Both the position numbers and the translations under genes were made by a program. A stretch of DNA of 64,000 nt. Origin: Amoebidium appalachense (Eukaryota > Protista > Ichthyosporea). Under the pieces are notes generated by a model. It saw only the letters and a list, made by a program, of their open reading frames with translations. It was not told the DNA's origin and did no database searches. Where the stretch lies: NCBI GenBank assembly GCA_963693365.1, contig CAVNZM010000006.1, forward strand, positions 2,542,001 to 2,606,000. Direction: 5' to 3'. The stretch's first letter is position 1. The number at the start of each line of letters is the position of its first letter. Of the stretch, positions 44,867 to 59,562 are shown piece by piece.

Positions 44867-45480
44867 GACGAAAGGATTTGCAAATTCGGCACTCTGTGTG
44901 ATGTAAAACAAAGGAGGAGTTACAAAGCTGTGTACAACACAAATGGCTGTTGAAATGTTTTCTAAGTCGGAATGTGTAACCGATGAAGAGCAGAGTGGCA
45001 AGTTGGCTTCTTTTATATCCCCGAGTCTCCACGAAATTCCATCTGGTAAATGAGGAATGTGTCCGTAAGAGCTACGTGATAAGGTACTTTAGTGATTGGT
45101 GGTTGTCAGAAATGTTTAGGTTCTAATGTTATGATTAAGTTGGTAGATCATGCTAGATTGACCTTCGATCCAATGGCGTTTCACCTGGCACAATGTATCG
45201 GCGATAACTTGGTTGAATACGCTTGAATACTTTATATCCGCTATCAAGGGGGGCATGCTGCAACAACGACAGTTACCATTTGGTGGCCCCAGAAACACCA
45301 AAAGAAAATAGTTCTTTTTACTCAAAAGGCTGACTTGATATATGATTATATGCTTTGTTTTTGGGCTATAGCCACCGCTTTATAAGTTGCCTTCACGTTT
45401 CTCTTTCCTACACCATGCAGCCAGCATGCGCATTGCGCAATGGCCCAGCATGAGTTAGATAAAATAAGGTATGCGGTTGT

Positions 45481-45510
45481 CATTCCAATTGCATTCCACC
45501 TTGTTTAGCC
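45481..45510 (-). promoter_or_regulatory. Conserved double CATTCC element of copy 3
   Basis: CATTCCAATTGCATTCCACCTTGTTTAGCC about 615 nt upstream of the ATG. Confidence 0.5.
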
Positions 45511-46181
45511 TGACCTGACTACGACCACTTTTGAGTTACATATGTGCGGCAGGTCAGAATTTCTTCACACAAACGCTGAATATTAAGGATTCTATGCTTT
45601 CACATTACATAAAATCTAAACATTGTCACGGCAATGATATTAAAAGCATAGTGGGGCCCTACGCATGTTGCTGTCATCGCAATGGCAGAGATGGGCAGTA
45701 GGCACTGATAAACCGCAGGGCCGTGCCAGGAATGTCACGCGTGTAGCCGCTTACATTCCTGTAACGTGAGTTCACGAACTTCTACGACGAAGTTCACGTG
45801 CACGCGCCGTGACGAAGGCAGGAGGCGTACGGTATACCACGGGTATACATTACGGTACGTACGCTGGCGGCAGTTGGCATGGTGCTTGCTGCATGGGCAC
45901 GAACACGAAGGACGCGGCATGAGCAGGCTACGGCCGCGGTGCGTGTACACGTACACGCGTATCCATGGTGCTGTTGCCAAGTCTGCGTCTTGACTGCCAC
46001 GTGTTCAAAGTTTGCGCAGGCCCTTACATAGTGCAATTTGGGCCTCATCTGAGCTCTCCCCGAACGTCTTCTAGAAAAAATAGTGCTAATATTAATAATA
46101 TTGGACTGCTATTGTACTAACGCCATTTAGTTCTAGTGCCTGCTCAGGATATTAATATTATATATCTAAATTTAGTTGTAG

Positions 46182-46223
<42 letters not shown>

Positions 46224-46883
46224 GGTTCACAGCTGCAGGCAACGGTGTGCTCACTGGCTCAACATCCAGTGGGCACCAACAACCAGTGTCGTTTTGGGGC
46301 ACTTGTGTTCAGAGGCCCGTGCACTGGCCCCCTTCCCTGCCCGGCGGCCAACCCCCCCCCCCCCCCCCTCCCTCTCTCCCCACTCAAACCCCCCCAACAC
46401 CCCCCCCCCCCCCCTCTCTCTCCCCACTCAACCCCCCCGCACCCCCGCACCCCCCCCCCCCCCCCCCTCCTCAAAGTTTTCAACCAAAAAACATACCGGT
46501 ACCCCTCCCCCCACCACCACCACCCTCCCCCCTCCCCCGACCCCCTTACCCCTCGAACTCTGTGGGTATTTTGTGGTTTTAGGGAAAAAAAAGGGCGGGG
46601 GAGGGGGGGAGGGTGGTGGTGGTGGGGGGAGGGGGGAAGGGAAGCGGGGGAAGGTGGGAAGGGGGAGGGGCAATTGGAGGAATTAATCCTATGATGCCAT
46701 GTGATAACTAGCGAGGCTACATAATTCATTTATATTCAATCCTATCGGGTATAACGGTTACCCACCGGCCTACTATACAACATGTGCTCGGCAGCCATGG
46801 CAGTACCATCGGATATAATAATATATGAACACTGAAGAGGTACCGAGCAACGACAACAAACAGGCCACTCCCCCCCCCCCCCT

Positions 46884-46914
<31 letters not shown>

Positions 46915-46917
46915 CCG

Positions 46918-46970
<53 letters not shown>

Positions 46971-48039
46971 AAAAAAAAAAGGAAAGAAAAACATTATTCC
47001 TGTGCCTCGAGCAAACATGTGGGTGCTTTTTCCTAAACCATAAATAGAATGTGTACATACTTAAAATCAAAACTTAATGGAACCGTCACTGTATAATACA
47101 GATGCATATCAATTAATTGAAACGATAGTACTACGACAACCCTATTTATCATAGTATCCGATATGCCATATAGATATGATCATCTGAGTCTACTCGGAAT
47201 ACCCTAATAGCCAAGATTTAAGCCAATAACGACGGAGGGACGGAGAGCTCCCCCCAGCCTTTGCTGCGGGGCTGACATTAACTCTAGGGTTAACTCCTGC
47301 CGATGATACTATGATCTGCGGCGTTGCAATAAACTCACTGTGACGGTGTTAATTAATTTAAATTTTAACCGTTTACGTGTCCAGGCTGGCAGCCGTGTGT
47401 TCTTCAGACATCATGTGTAGTGTGTTTATGTGTTTGTGTTTGTGTAGGTGGCCACATACATGATGTGTAGTGAGCATGTGTGTTTATGTTTGTGTAAATG
47501 GTCACGGTGATCACAGTGGTCGGAGGTTGTGGGTGAGGCCGGCTGCCTGCTAGCTATGACTGTTTGTGTTCCAAATGATCATGTTCAACTTGGGGCACTA
47601 CGATGCATTTTCTGGTAGTCATGCATCCCCCCCTCCCTCCCCCTCCCCCTTGGGGCCTCCCTTACCCCCCTTCCCCTCTTCCCTTGCTTCTCACACACAC
47701 ACATGAAACTGTTACAAAGCTTGTCACGGTAACCGTCGGTGGCCACCACCCTCGAAACTGCTCACAACTATACACATGAAATTTCCAGTCACCCAGCTAG
47801 CAGGAATACCAATAGGTGGATCCTCCCCTCCTACCTCGTCACTTTCCCTTCCCCCCTCCCTCCTCCCCTCCCCTCCCCCCCCCCCTGCTCCCCCCCCCCC
47901 CCCCCCCCCTCCTGAACACCTCCCCCCCCCCCCCACCTTTCCTCCCCTGCTCCCCCCGCCCCCTTTCCCCCCCCTCCCTTACCACCGGGTACGGTAGCCT
48001 AAGGATGCCCAGGTTTGCACCCATTTCCGCCCGCTGCTT

Positions 48040-50018
48040 TACAGTGGCATATCATTTTTGTTGTTTCTTATTGGCATGCACAGTGTGGCCCAGTTTGCCT
48101 GGACAGCAAGGTTATTGGATTTGTGCACAGCCCCCCTCCCCCCCCCCTCCCCCCACACCCGCTCCCCTTCGCCTCTCGCCCCTCCTCCGATACCATCACC
48201 ACCCCCAACCCCCCGCCCTACCAACTTCTGGGACGAACCATTCCCCTCTTCCACCTCTCCAACCTCTTCCCCCACCCTCATCTCTCGGTCCCTGGGCCTG
48301 GAGTTCCCCCCTAGGAGTTCGGGGGGGGGGGGGGGGGGGGGGGAGAGGGGGGAGGGGGAGGGGAGGGGGAGGGGGAGGGTTGGGGAGGGGGGGGGTGAGG
48401 CGGGGAGGGGGGGAATGGAGGGGGGGGGGGGGGAAGGGTTGAGAATCGGGAAAGTGGGAGCCCGGGGACCTTGCTAAAATAGCCCCCAAGATGATGTCAA
48501 TGCCACCCCCAATCACTCTCCCCCTCCCACCACCCACCCCTCGCCAACCCCCCCGCCCCCCCCCCCCCCCCATCTCTAAAGAGTATTAGATCCGGGGAGA
48601 CAGGTGAAGGGAAGTGGGTGCAAAGGGCTCTTGCTGAGTGGAGGGGAAGCAAGTGGAGTTCTTGAAGAGTTCAAAGAAAGTTTTCTGCAGAACATTGGGG
48701 GGAGGGGGTGGGTCACAGGGGAGGAGAAGCCTTCGGGAGGAGGCTGGGGGGGGTGCGGGGGGGGGGGAGGGGGGATTTTACGGCACATCAAAGACTGCTC
48801 TGGTTTATGGGTTTAAAGCACCAATTAAAACACATGGTCAGAGTACAGTATTCAACCGTTTGAGTGTGCAGGCCGTGTGGGGAGATATGTGTTGCACTTC
48901 AAGGGGCGGGACGGGGCCGCCGGGAGGGGGGGGGGGGGGAGGGGGGGGAGGGATCGGACTTCGTCTTCATTGAATTTGCACCACTGGGTGGCGGCATATG
49001 TACGCGATTTCGCACCAATGGGTGGCCTTTATGATTTTGCACCAATGGGTGGCCTTTATGATTTTGCATCAGTGGGTGGCCTTTATGCATTTGAAAAATC
49101 TAATGGGTTAACGTTGCCTCATGATTTGGATCAATGGGTGGCTTTTATAATTTTGCACCAATGGGTTTAATAATTTTGCACCAATGGGTGGCCTTTATGC
49201 ATTTAAAAAATATAATGGGTTAACGTTGCATTATGATTTTGCACCATTGGGTGGCCTTTCGCATTTGCACCAATGGATGGCCTTTATGATTTTGCACTAG
49301 TGGGTGGCCTTTATGATTTTGCACCAGTGGGTGGCCTTTATGATTTTGCACCAATGGGTGGCCTTTATGATTTTGCACCAATGGGTGGCCTTTATGATTT
49401 TGCATCAATGGGTGGCCTTTATGATTTTGCACCAGTTGGTGGCCTTTATGATTTTGCACCAATGGGTGGCCTTTGTGCTGCCAGCGGATGTCTGACTGCC
49501 ATGCCGACCACCACCACCAACTCCCCCCCCCCATCCCCCTCCCCCCTCCGTCAACAGTTTTCGGGGATATATGTGTCACCATTTCATTAATCGGTCTTTT
49601 GGTATCTGATTCTCCCGTCATCAGCTCAACAATTCAGTTTGCTTTGCTCCCCAACCCATTGCACCCAACCATTCCAATACTAAACAATATCTGTTGCCTC
49701 CCTTCTTTCTTGTGGGCAAGCCCCCTTTCCAGGGGTGGTCTGTTTGCAAGACTTCAGTTAAGCAGAAAAACGAGGGGGAAGAGGGGGGGGTGGGGAAGAG
49801 GGGGGGGAGGGGAGGGGGAGGGAATGAGAAGAGGGAGAAAGGGAGGCTGGAGGGGGGGGGGGGGGGGGGGGGGGGAATGGGGGGGGGGGGACGAGGGGCG
49901 GCAAATAGTAATCAGACAGAAGGGAGGAGGGAGAGCTGGATGTTGGGCAACAGTGGATTAGTAATGGACAGCTGGGGACCCGCCATGGGGGAGGGCATGG
50001 GGGTGAGAGGGGCCGGGT

Positions 50019-50055
<37 letters not shown>

Positions 50056-50108
50056 ATCTGTAGGTGGTTGCACGGCAGTATTTATTACTTCATAATGCCT
50101 GGGTGCTG

Positions 50109-50182
<74 letters not shown>

Positions 50183-50310
50183 GAGGGGTGGGGAGCTAGA
50201 TTAATATGAAGGGAGAAAAGGATTCGGGGGGGTGCAGAGGGGGGGGGGAGTACTGTACATGTGCTTGGTACTCGTATTTTCAAACGGTTTTGATGCCTAT
50301 TGAGGCACAG
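48040..50310 (+). pseudogene. Decayed receptor tyrosine-kinase relic (TM-like segment plus kinase domain)
   Basis: SGISFLLFLIGM (TM-like, ~48042); GEGGFYGT..KAPIK (I-II, ~48765-48830); RYVLHFKG (IV); FVFIEFAPLGG (V, 48960); AASG (VIa, 49477); LLVSDSPVI..QFAL (VIb-VII); IYYFIMPGC* (XI, 50080); FQTVLMPIE (end). Confidence 0.6.
49006..49474 (+). repeat. 27-bp minisatellite (GATTTTGCACCAATGGGTGGCCTTTAT) ~15 units with two related 36-bp interruptions
   Basis: Direct inspection; unit translates DFAPMGGLY. Confidence 0.95.
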
Positions 50311-50449
50311 ATATACAGATGCATTGAACTCGAAAGGCATTGGTATATTTGGCAGCATAAGCGCCGAAGTGCTAGAAGTTATATGAGTACATGATGGTCA
50401 TGGAGTGAATCTGGTGCACATGCGCTGGGGTGGGGTGTGTGTGTGGGGA

Positions 50450-50480
<31 letters not shown>

Positions 50481-51014
50481 CTTTGCATTACCCCCACCCT
50501 CTTAGTGCCTTTGATAGCCCGCAAGCAGGTGCACCTACTGCCTTATTGACTCGAGAGTCACAGTAATCGTTGTAATATCCCCACCAGGCATATGTCCGTA
50601 CGACAGAGGCCCCTATATATAGGGGGATCACTCACACGAACAGCTACAAAACCACAGCCGTTCCCCCCTTAATGTTACGTCATCGGATCGTGTTTTGTCC
50701 AATCAGGTGGGAGAGAGGGTCCGTCGTATGAACCAAACTGTCCCCATCCCCCCCCCCCCCCCCCCTCCCAACCCCCCCCCCCCGGACCCACTACCCACCC
50801 ACCCCCACCCACCCACCCACCCACTTCAAAGGTTCTCCGTTATCAAATTGTACCTACAACATCGGGAACACCCAGAATTACATACATATGGTCACCGTGA
50901 GGAAGAAGGCCTTTTTTTTGGGGGGGGGGGGGGGGGAGGGGAGGGGGGGGGGGGGGGGGGGGGGGGGAGGAAGGGGGGGGGAGGGAGGGGCCCCGGGGCA
51001 GAGAGGGGATTGGG

Positions 51015-51046
<32 letters not shown>

Positions 51047-52243
51047 GCTACCCAACAGTTACTGTGGTTACACAATACAGTGGTTTTATACAGTGCTTAG
51101 GGTAGTGGGCAATATAAGACAAGTGAGAGATTGGAGAGGAGGGACAGGGCCTTTATTGGACTCCTGTCATTTCTTTTTTTTTTATTTTTCTTTTCTTTTC
51201 TTTTTCTTTTTTTTTTTTTTTTTTTTGTTGGGGGGGGGGGGGGGGGGGGGGGCGGGGGGGAGGCCGGGGGGGGGGGGGGGAGGGGGGGAAGGGTAGTCTG
51301 CAAAGAAGGTAATCTGAATTGCACAGTCATCCCCCTACACCCTCCCCTACGACTTTGGGCCCTTTGCCAACTGTGTAACCCATAGGCCTCTTCTACCCCT
51401 CCTATTGCACAGACACCTCCCCCCTCCACCCCACCCCCTTCCCTCCCCCCCCCCCCCTTTCCCCCCCCCCCCCTCCTCCCCCCGGCGCAGGAAATTTTTT
51501 TTTTCACCCGGCAACTATTCCACATTAGAAGACTCACTACAGGATTTTTCTGCAGTACACATTCAAGGGTTTAAAACCCCCCCGTTCGGGATAAGCCCAA
51601 ACCAAAAAACAGATTCTGAACTAATTAGGCCTACATCTCCCCCAACAATAGGTGGTTTTGTCTTGAGAGTTTGGAAAGATAACATAGTACCCCACATTGC
51701 CCGGTACCAAATTTCCAGTTATAACCGGCCCCCCTCCCCCTCCCCCCTCCTTCCCCCCCCCCCCCCCCCCCCCCCCTGCCCCCCTCCCCCTGCCTTGATG
51801 CCGCACATCACCCAGGCCCCTCCCCTGCTCCTCTTATCTCCCCATCCCATTAGGGCCTTCACTCCCTCTCCCTGATTCCTGCCCCCCTTCCCCCCCCCCC
51901 CCCTCCCCCTCCCCCCTCCCCCCAACCCACCTACCCACCCCCCATCCCCACCCACAACTCCCTCCCTTTTACTCAACCACGCCCTCCACTCACCCACCCA
52001 CCCATCAGCCCACTATGTCATCCCCATTCCCACCTCCCTCCCCCTTACTCAAACCTCCCCTCCATCCCCTCAACCCCCCCCCCCCCCCCTCCCCCGGGGT
52101 GTCTCTTCAAGAACCACGTGTACGTACCACCCACAGACTTGCTTGCTACATGCAGCCATGTGGTATTAGCCCAAGAAACGAAGATTATCCCGTATCTCGA
52201 TTCAATCGGTAATTGTTTGTCTCCCATGGCATTAGTGTGTGTG

Positions 52244-52419
52244 TTGGCTATGATTGGCTATGACTGGCTATGATTGGCTATGACTGGCTATGACTGGCTA
52301 TGATTGGCTATGATTGGCTATGATTGGCTATGATTGGCTATGATCAGCTATGATTGCCTATGATTGGCTATGATTGGCTATGATTGGCTATGATTGGCTA
52401 TGATTGGCTATGATTGCTA
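52244..52419. repeat. 10-bp tandem repeat (TGATTGGCTA) ~17 units
   Basis: Direct inspection; reverse complement TAGCCAATCA. Confidence 0.95.
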
Positions 52420-52843
52420 TAAGTATGATTTGGGCCAGCCCACTCCATCAACCTCCTCTTTTCAAGGAACTATGATACAAATTCCCATAGGAGGGCTGAG
52501 GAGGAAGGAGGGGAAAGGGGGGGGAGGGGGGGGAGACTCGGATGTGCTGGGGGGAAAGCAGTCACCGACTACCCAAATCTTGAAGTTGGGGGGGTAAGGG
52601 GGGGGAGGAGGGGAGAGTTAGGGAAGGGGAAGGGGGGAGGGAGGGGGGGGGGGGGGGGGGGGGGGGGGAGGGGGGGGGGGAGGGGGGAGGGGGCAGGGGC
52701 TGATCAAGGCTCATGGTTGGCCTGACGGTTGCATCAACTTCGGACTGGGTGCCCCGCCCCCCTCCATCAATATCCCCCCCCCCCCCCTCCCCCCCCCCCC
52801 CCCCATCCCCCCCCCATCCCCCCCTCCCCCCTCCCCCCCATCT

Positions 52844-52874
<31 letters not shown>

Positions 52875-52985
52875 GGGCGCTCCCCTTTACAAACCAACCA
52901 GTTATCCGCCCCGGGGTCAAAATCCGAACAGGCCGTATCCGCGCGGGGTTTTCACCTCTCCCCCCCCCCCCCCCCCCCCCCCCCC

Positions 52986-53024
<39 letters not shown>

Positions 53025-53176
53025 GGGCCATTAATTCCCGCAATTCTTTACTGATTGACTTTGTATTGTAATCGTTTTCATTACTGACATTCATAAATGC
53101 TAAACTTCAGTAGTGCTTTCTGAGTCTCCAACGTACATGCTAGCTCACGTGGTTTCCCAGATTTCTGTATAATGGA

Positions 53177-53215
<39 letters not shown>

Positions 53216-53685
53216 CCCCCCAACCCCCTCCTCCCTCTCCCCCTCCCCCCCAAGTTTTCCTCCACTCTTTCCAATACTTTCTCCTCACCAACATCACAAG
53301 GGTTACCATAAAATGTCCGTTGGAAAGATCATGCGGGCACCCGACACCTATGGCCGTTTGATCATTGAGGCATTCATGACATAGGCCTATGGTCAGGAGA
53401 AATAATCAATAGTTACACCACATGGTGCTTGGCCTGTTCATAATTAGCGGGGCCACATCGTGCTGTATGTTTTTGTTGATCACGACAACTACAGCAGCTG
53501 TTGAATGGATTGATCAAATACATACACACCTCACACAAAGCCCTTGCTCTGGATATAGACATTATGACTTGCATCTGCACGGTGCCAGAATAAGTCTTTT
53601 TGGATTGTGCAACCACACGTCGACGAATCCTGGCCTGGTCCAAGCTCTCGATATTCAATCGAATTATCGGTTTCCAGATTCCGGG

Positions 53686-53727
<42 letters not shown>

Positions 53728-53914
53728 CCCTCTCCCCCCCCCCTCCCCCCCCCTCCCCCCCCCCCCCCAAAAAAAAAAGAAAAAAAAAAGAAGAAGGGGA
53801 GGGGGGGGGGATACATTATAAATATGATACTCAGGCCTCGGATATATACTATAGTGTATGTATATATATATATATATTGAGGATATCATGATATATATGA
53901 TATATATATATATG

Positions 53915-54255
<341 letters not shown>

Positions 54256-54577
54256 AGACTCGGAAAGGGAGAGAAGAAAAGAGGGAGGGAGGGGGAGAGG
54301 GACGGAGAGGGAGAGAAGGGAGGGCCCGGGGAGGGATAGAATTTCAAAGAAGGAAAGAAATGAAGAAAAAAAGAGAGGAAGAAGAAAAAACAGAACAAGT
54401 TAAGAAAGGAACTTGAAAAGTAAGGAAGAAGAAAAAGAAGAAGAAGAAGAGAAACGAACAAGAAAAGAAAGGAACAAGAAAAACCAAAGGAACAAGAAAA
54501 GAAAGGAACAAGAAAAGAAACGAACTAGAAAAGAAAGGTAGAAAAAACGAGGAGAAAAAGAACACCAAGAAGAAATA

Positions 54578-56060
<1,483 letters not shown>

Positions 56061-56357
56061 GCACGATCCGTGCCAAGCTGTGCTCAGTTTGTGTGTCACT
56101 GTGTGAGCGTGTACTCGCGCGTGCTAGAAGTTTTGCCAGATTCCAACATACATAGAGCTATAATATATATGCTTGAATGAAGATACTCATCATGTGCAGG
56201 AATTTCAACACAATAATGAAATCAGTATCTATTTTCAAAACTTGTTTGGGTTATTGGTTACCCTGCATGTGCCGTTAGTACCTTTTTGCTTTGTTTATTG
56301 AATGACTTTTCACATGCAAAATAATCCTCCCGCTGCTGCAGAGGGGTTCCCAAGAAT

Positions 56358-56846
56358 GGAATGCCAGGAATGCTGAATCTAATCGTATGAACGCGAACCA
56401 CGAGAGGGCAGAGGCGCTTCACTCTGCTGTGGTATGGCAAAGGCAAATAGCCTTGGTGTTTCTCCGTGAAGGAGAGCTAGGCTTTTTGGCCCAGATGGTC
56501 AAGCCATCGGCCTAAAACTATTTCAGGCCCTCGGACTGTAAGGTTTCTGAAACTCTGAGCCTCTCTCCTTCCGTTCAGGAATTCGTAACGTTTTATTTTG
56601 AGAGTACAGTAGTGACTGATAGCGGAAGTAGGACGCATACCAGCGTGGGAAAGCGCTGAACAGACCTTGAATGTCCATTGCATAAAACTATCCTTGCGGT
56701 GATAAAATAGCCAATGTCCGTGCTTTAATCCTAACTTATCAAACGTATCCAATCATAATGTGCCAATATCACGCAGCATAGTTGGCAGGGGCAGCACATT
56801 CCTGTTTCACCGGGAGGCATTTATAGCGGAGCACGGGGCTATAAAA
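56358..56846 (+). promoter_or_regulatory. Promoter of copy 4: GGAATG-CCA-GGAATG (56358-56372), CCAAT (56763), CATTCC (56797), TATAAAA (56840)
   Basis: Same motifs, order and spacing to the ATG as copies 1-3 despite little other similarity. Confidence 0.55.
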
Positions 56847-56991
56847 GGCCCGAACACAGCAATTTTGGGTATCGGTCATCAGCTCCGAACTCTGAAGCAA
56901 ACAAAACAAGCCACAATATATAACATTTGAAAGCGACTTAGTCATTAGCCATTACTCAATCATTACTGCCATTTAGGCATACCCTATCGAC

Positions 56992-58776
56992 ATGTTGAAG
57001 GCCTTCCTTGCGGCGGCGGCCCTGATCGGGTCTGTGGCCGCGCAAACGTGCACCAATGGTGCAAGCATCGACATTGAGGGCGCCACGGATGCGTGTGTGT
57101 GCGACTCGGGGCGCATTGGGGACTGCAGCACGCTCGGGGCATGCTTGGCGTCTGCGGACGGCAACCAGCCGCAGCTGCAGGTCACCACCAACCTGTCGGT
57201 GATCCAGCCTTGGATCGACGAGTCGGACTACTCGCTGGTGGTCACCATGACCGGTGGGGCCAGGAAGAACCGGCGGTTCACGTCGTTTGCGCTCAAGAAC
57301 TGCGCGTCGGGGCGGTTCCTGTCGCTTGCCACCATCACCAACGCGTCCAATGTTGCGGACGCGAGCAACTGCAACGACAATATCCAGATCAAGATCGACG
57401 TCAACTACCTGGAGACGGGCTGCGGGTTCACGGTGGGGCCTGCTTTTGACGAGGGGGGGGTGTGGTACCGGTTCTACAACGGCTCGCTGGATGTGACATA
57501 CACGGAGCCCGTGACGCTGGGGTCTGTCAACGAGGCCAGCGACACACGCACGGTGTCGACGACGCTGCCGGTCAACTTCAAGCTGCAGGTGCTGTTCAAT
57601 GCCACGGTCACGACGGACGTCAATGTGACGTCCAAGTTCAACCTGACGGCGGCCGTGACGCAGCAGATTGTGCTGCGGCCCGACCAGGCGCAGAGCACGC
57701 TCAACCTGACATATGCCATCCACTGGCCGTACGACGTGTCGCAGTACAAGACGGTGCTCACGCCTGCTGCGGGTGCGTCTGTGTCTGCCAGCAATGCCGT
57801 GTCGGTCACGGGCCCGTCGGCCACCAGCGGGGCAAACACGCTGGCTGACCGGTGCCGCAACGGCACGGCCAACGACTATGCCTACCCGGGGGGTGCGGGG
57901 ATCTGCCGCAAGACCATGCAGGTGACGTTCCTGCACCCGGCGTCGGACACGCCGCGGGTGTGCGAGCTGGACGGCACGTACACGCTGGAGCAGGTGACGG
58001 TCACGTGCTCGCCGGACATTGCGGCCGAGGACTGCCCGCTGCAGACGCCGGACACGGGCAGCAGCATCAGCATCACGCTCAACTCGGACAACTTCTGCCA
58101 GACGGGCGGGGCGCTGTACAGCATCAACAACATCATCAAGGTGGTGCGGTTCATTGCGCCCGCGGGCACCACGGACGCGCAGCGCAAGGCGTCGACCACG
58201 CACCAGCGGGCGTGGGAGTGGAACCGGCCCTCATACTTCCGCATCGACCTGCAGGGGCCCAGCGTCAGCTCGGTGCTCCTGCAGAAGTGGGAGGTCAGCA
58301 CGGACGGCGGCAGCTGGGTCGACAAGACCAGCAACGCCGGGCTGGCCGTCAACGGCACGCTGGCCAGCAACTTCCAGCAGGACGTGACGGGCAGCGCCGT
58401 GGGCCTGCGGGCCGACGTGCCTGTGGGGACACCCACGGTGACACAGACGTACTGGCTGCAGCAGGTCATGACCAACGACGTGCTGCCCGACCCTGGCCCG
58501 GGCCTCATCACGCGCCTGTCGTTCCGCTGCACCTTTGAGGTCTACTATGAGGCCGTGGCCCGCCGCCGCCGCGCCGTTGTTGTGTCGGAGACCAACCACC
58601 ACATGCGCCGCGCCACCGAGAGCGGCTCGGCCACTGTGCGCACATCGGGCTCCGTCTACGGGTCGGCCACAAACAGTGCCGGCACCGACACACAGCTCAC
58701 CAGCGCGGCCGTGCGCACAAGCATTGCCACCCCCGTGCTAACCCTCCTGGCCGCCCTGGTCATGCTTCTGCAGTAG
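56992..58776 (+). CDS. Secreted/GPI-anchored ZP-like glycoprotein, copy 4 (594 aa, intronless, inverted)
   Basis: Complete ATG..TAG ORF; 3 aa differences from copy 3. Confidence 0.93.
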   Translation: MLKAFLAAAALIGSVAAQTCTNGASIDIEGATDACVCDSGRIGDCSTLGACLASADGNQPQLQVTTNLSVIQPWIDESDYSLVVTMTGGARKNRRFTSFALKNCASGRFLSLATITNASNVADASNCNDNIQIKIDVNYLETGCGFTVGPAFDEGGVWYRFYNGSLDVTYTEPVTLGSVNEASDTRTVSTTLPVNFKLQVLFNATVTTDVNVTSKFNLTAAVTQQIVLRPDQAQSTLNLTYAIHWPYDVSQYKTVLTPAAGASVSASNAVSVTGPSATSGANTLADRCRNGTANDYAYPGGAGICRKTMQVTFLHPASDTPRVCELDGTYTLEQVTVTCSPDIAAEDCPLQTPDTGSSISITLNSDNFCQTGGALYSINNIIKVVRFIAPAGTTDAQRKASTTHQRAWEWNRPSYFRIDLQGPSVSSVLLQKWEVSTDGGSWVDKTSNAGLAVNGTLASNFQQDVTGSAVGLRADVPVGTPTVTQTYWLQQVMTNDVLPDPGPGLITRLSFRCTFEVYYEAVARRRRAVVVSETNHHMRRATESGSATVRTSGSVYGSATNSAGTDTQLTSAAVRTSIATPVLTLLAALVMLLQ

Positions 58777-59279
58777 CCGCCGCGTGCGGTTGGATGGGGT
58801 GGGCGGGTGTATATAGTAGGCACGAATGATAACCTTCTCATAGGGTAGGCTAGTTGCTTTATTATTATATCTGGTAGGGACCGAAACCGAAGTAGTGTAG
58901 CATAGTTGTGTAAACAATTACCACTTTTAATCCTTTTTAGCAACATGTGCTTTTGTGAGCACAAGCACCAATGAAAGTCTGAAAATAAATTCTGAAATTT
59001 AAACAAACCCCATCGTGTTCGGTATTCCACTACAGCCACGCTGCCACACAATCCCCCCTCCCCCCCCCCCCATCTACCCCCAACCCCGGTCCTCCCCACC
59101 CTCCACCCAGCACAACCAGTGTATGTAGTGTTTGTGGCACTCGCGTGTGTGTGTTTAAGTTCATGCGCATGTGTGGTTTCAAGTAGACTCGGAGTCCGCC
59201 CCGCTCCCAGAGCCCTGGGGAGGTGGCAATGCTTGTGCAACAAAGCAACAAGTTTTGTACGTGTTAGTGACCCGTATGT

Positions 59280-59334
<55 letters not shown>

Positions 59335-59530
59335 GGAAAGCAAAAAGGGGGGGGGGGGGGGGGGGGGGGGGTTGGAAAGCAAAAAAGGGGATAGACGGGT
59401 GCCGGTTATTTTCCTATGAAGGGGGGGCCGGAATTGTCACGCGGGAAGGGAGGATGCATGGAGGCACAAGAAAACAATGTTTGGGCCCTGTGGTTGAGTT
59501 TGGGGGGGGGAAGGGGGGGAAGGGGCGGGT

Positions 59531-59562
<32 letters not shown>

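Noticed and set aside
43655-44953. Long antisense and alternative-frame ORFs over the surface genes (also 56956-58203, 19438-20088 and others)
   Set aside because: Shadow ORFs from high GC3 codon bias; broken at different places in different copies while the sense ORF is conserved
49006-49474. CRISPR-like appearance of the 27-bp repeats
   Set aside because: Units are head-to-tail without unique spacers, the two interruptions resemble each other, the context is eukaryotic and no cas genes are present
49560-49760. Minus-strand GLPTRKKGGNRYCLV resembling a gypsy integrase motif
   Set aside because: Isolated match with no other retroelement domains; conflicts with the collinear plus-strand kinase relic
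53566-53686. IVQPHVDES..YSIEL resembling VIQPWIDESDYSL of the surface protein
   Set aside because: Short match with no nucleotide similarity or continuation; probably chance
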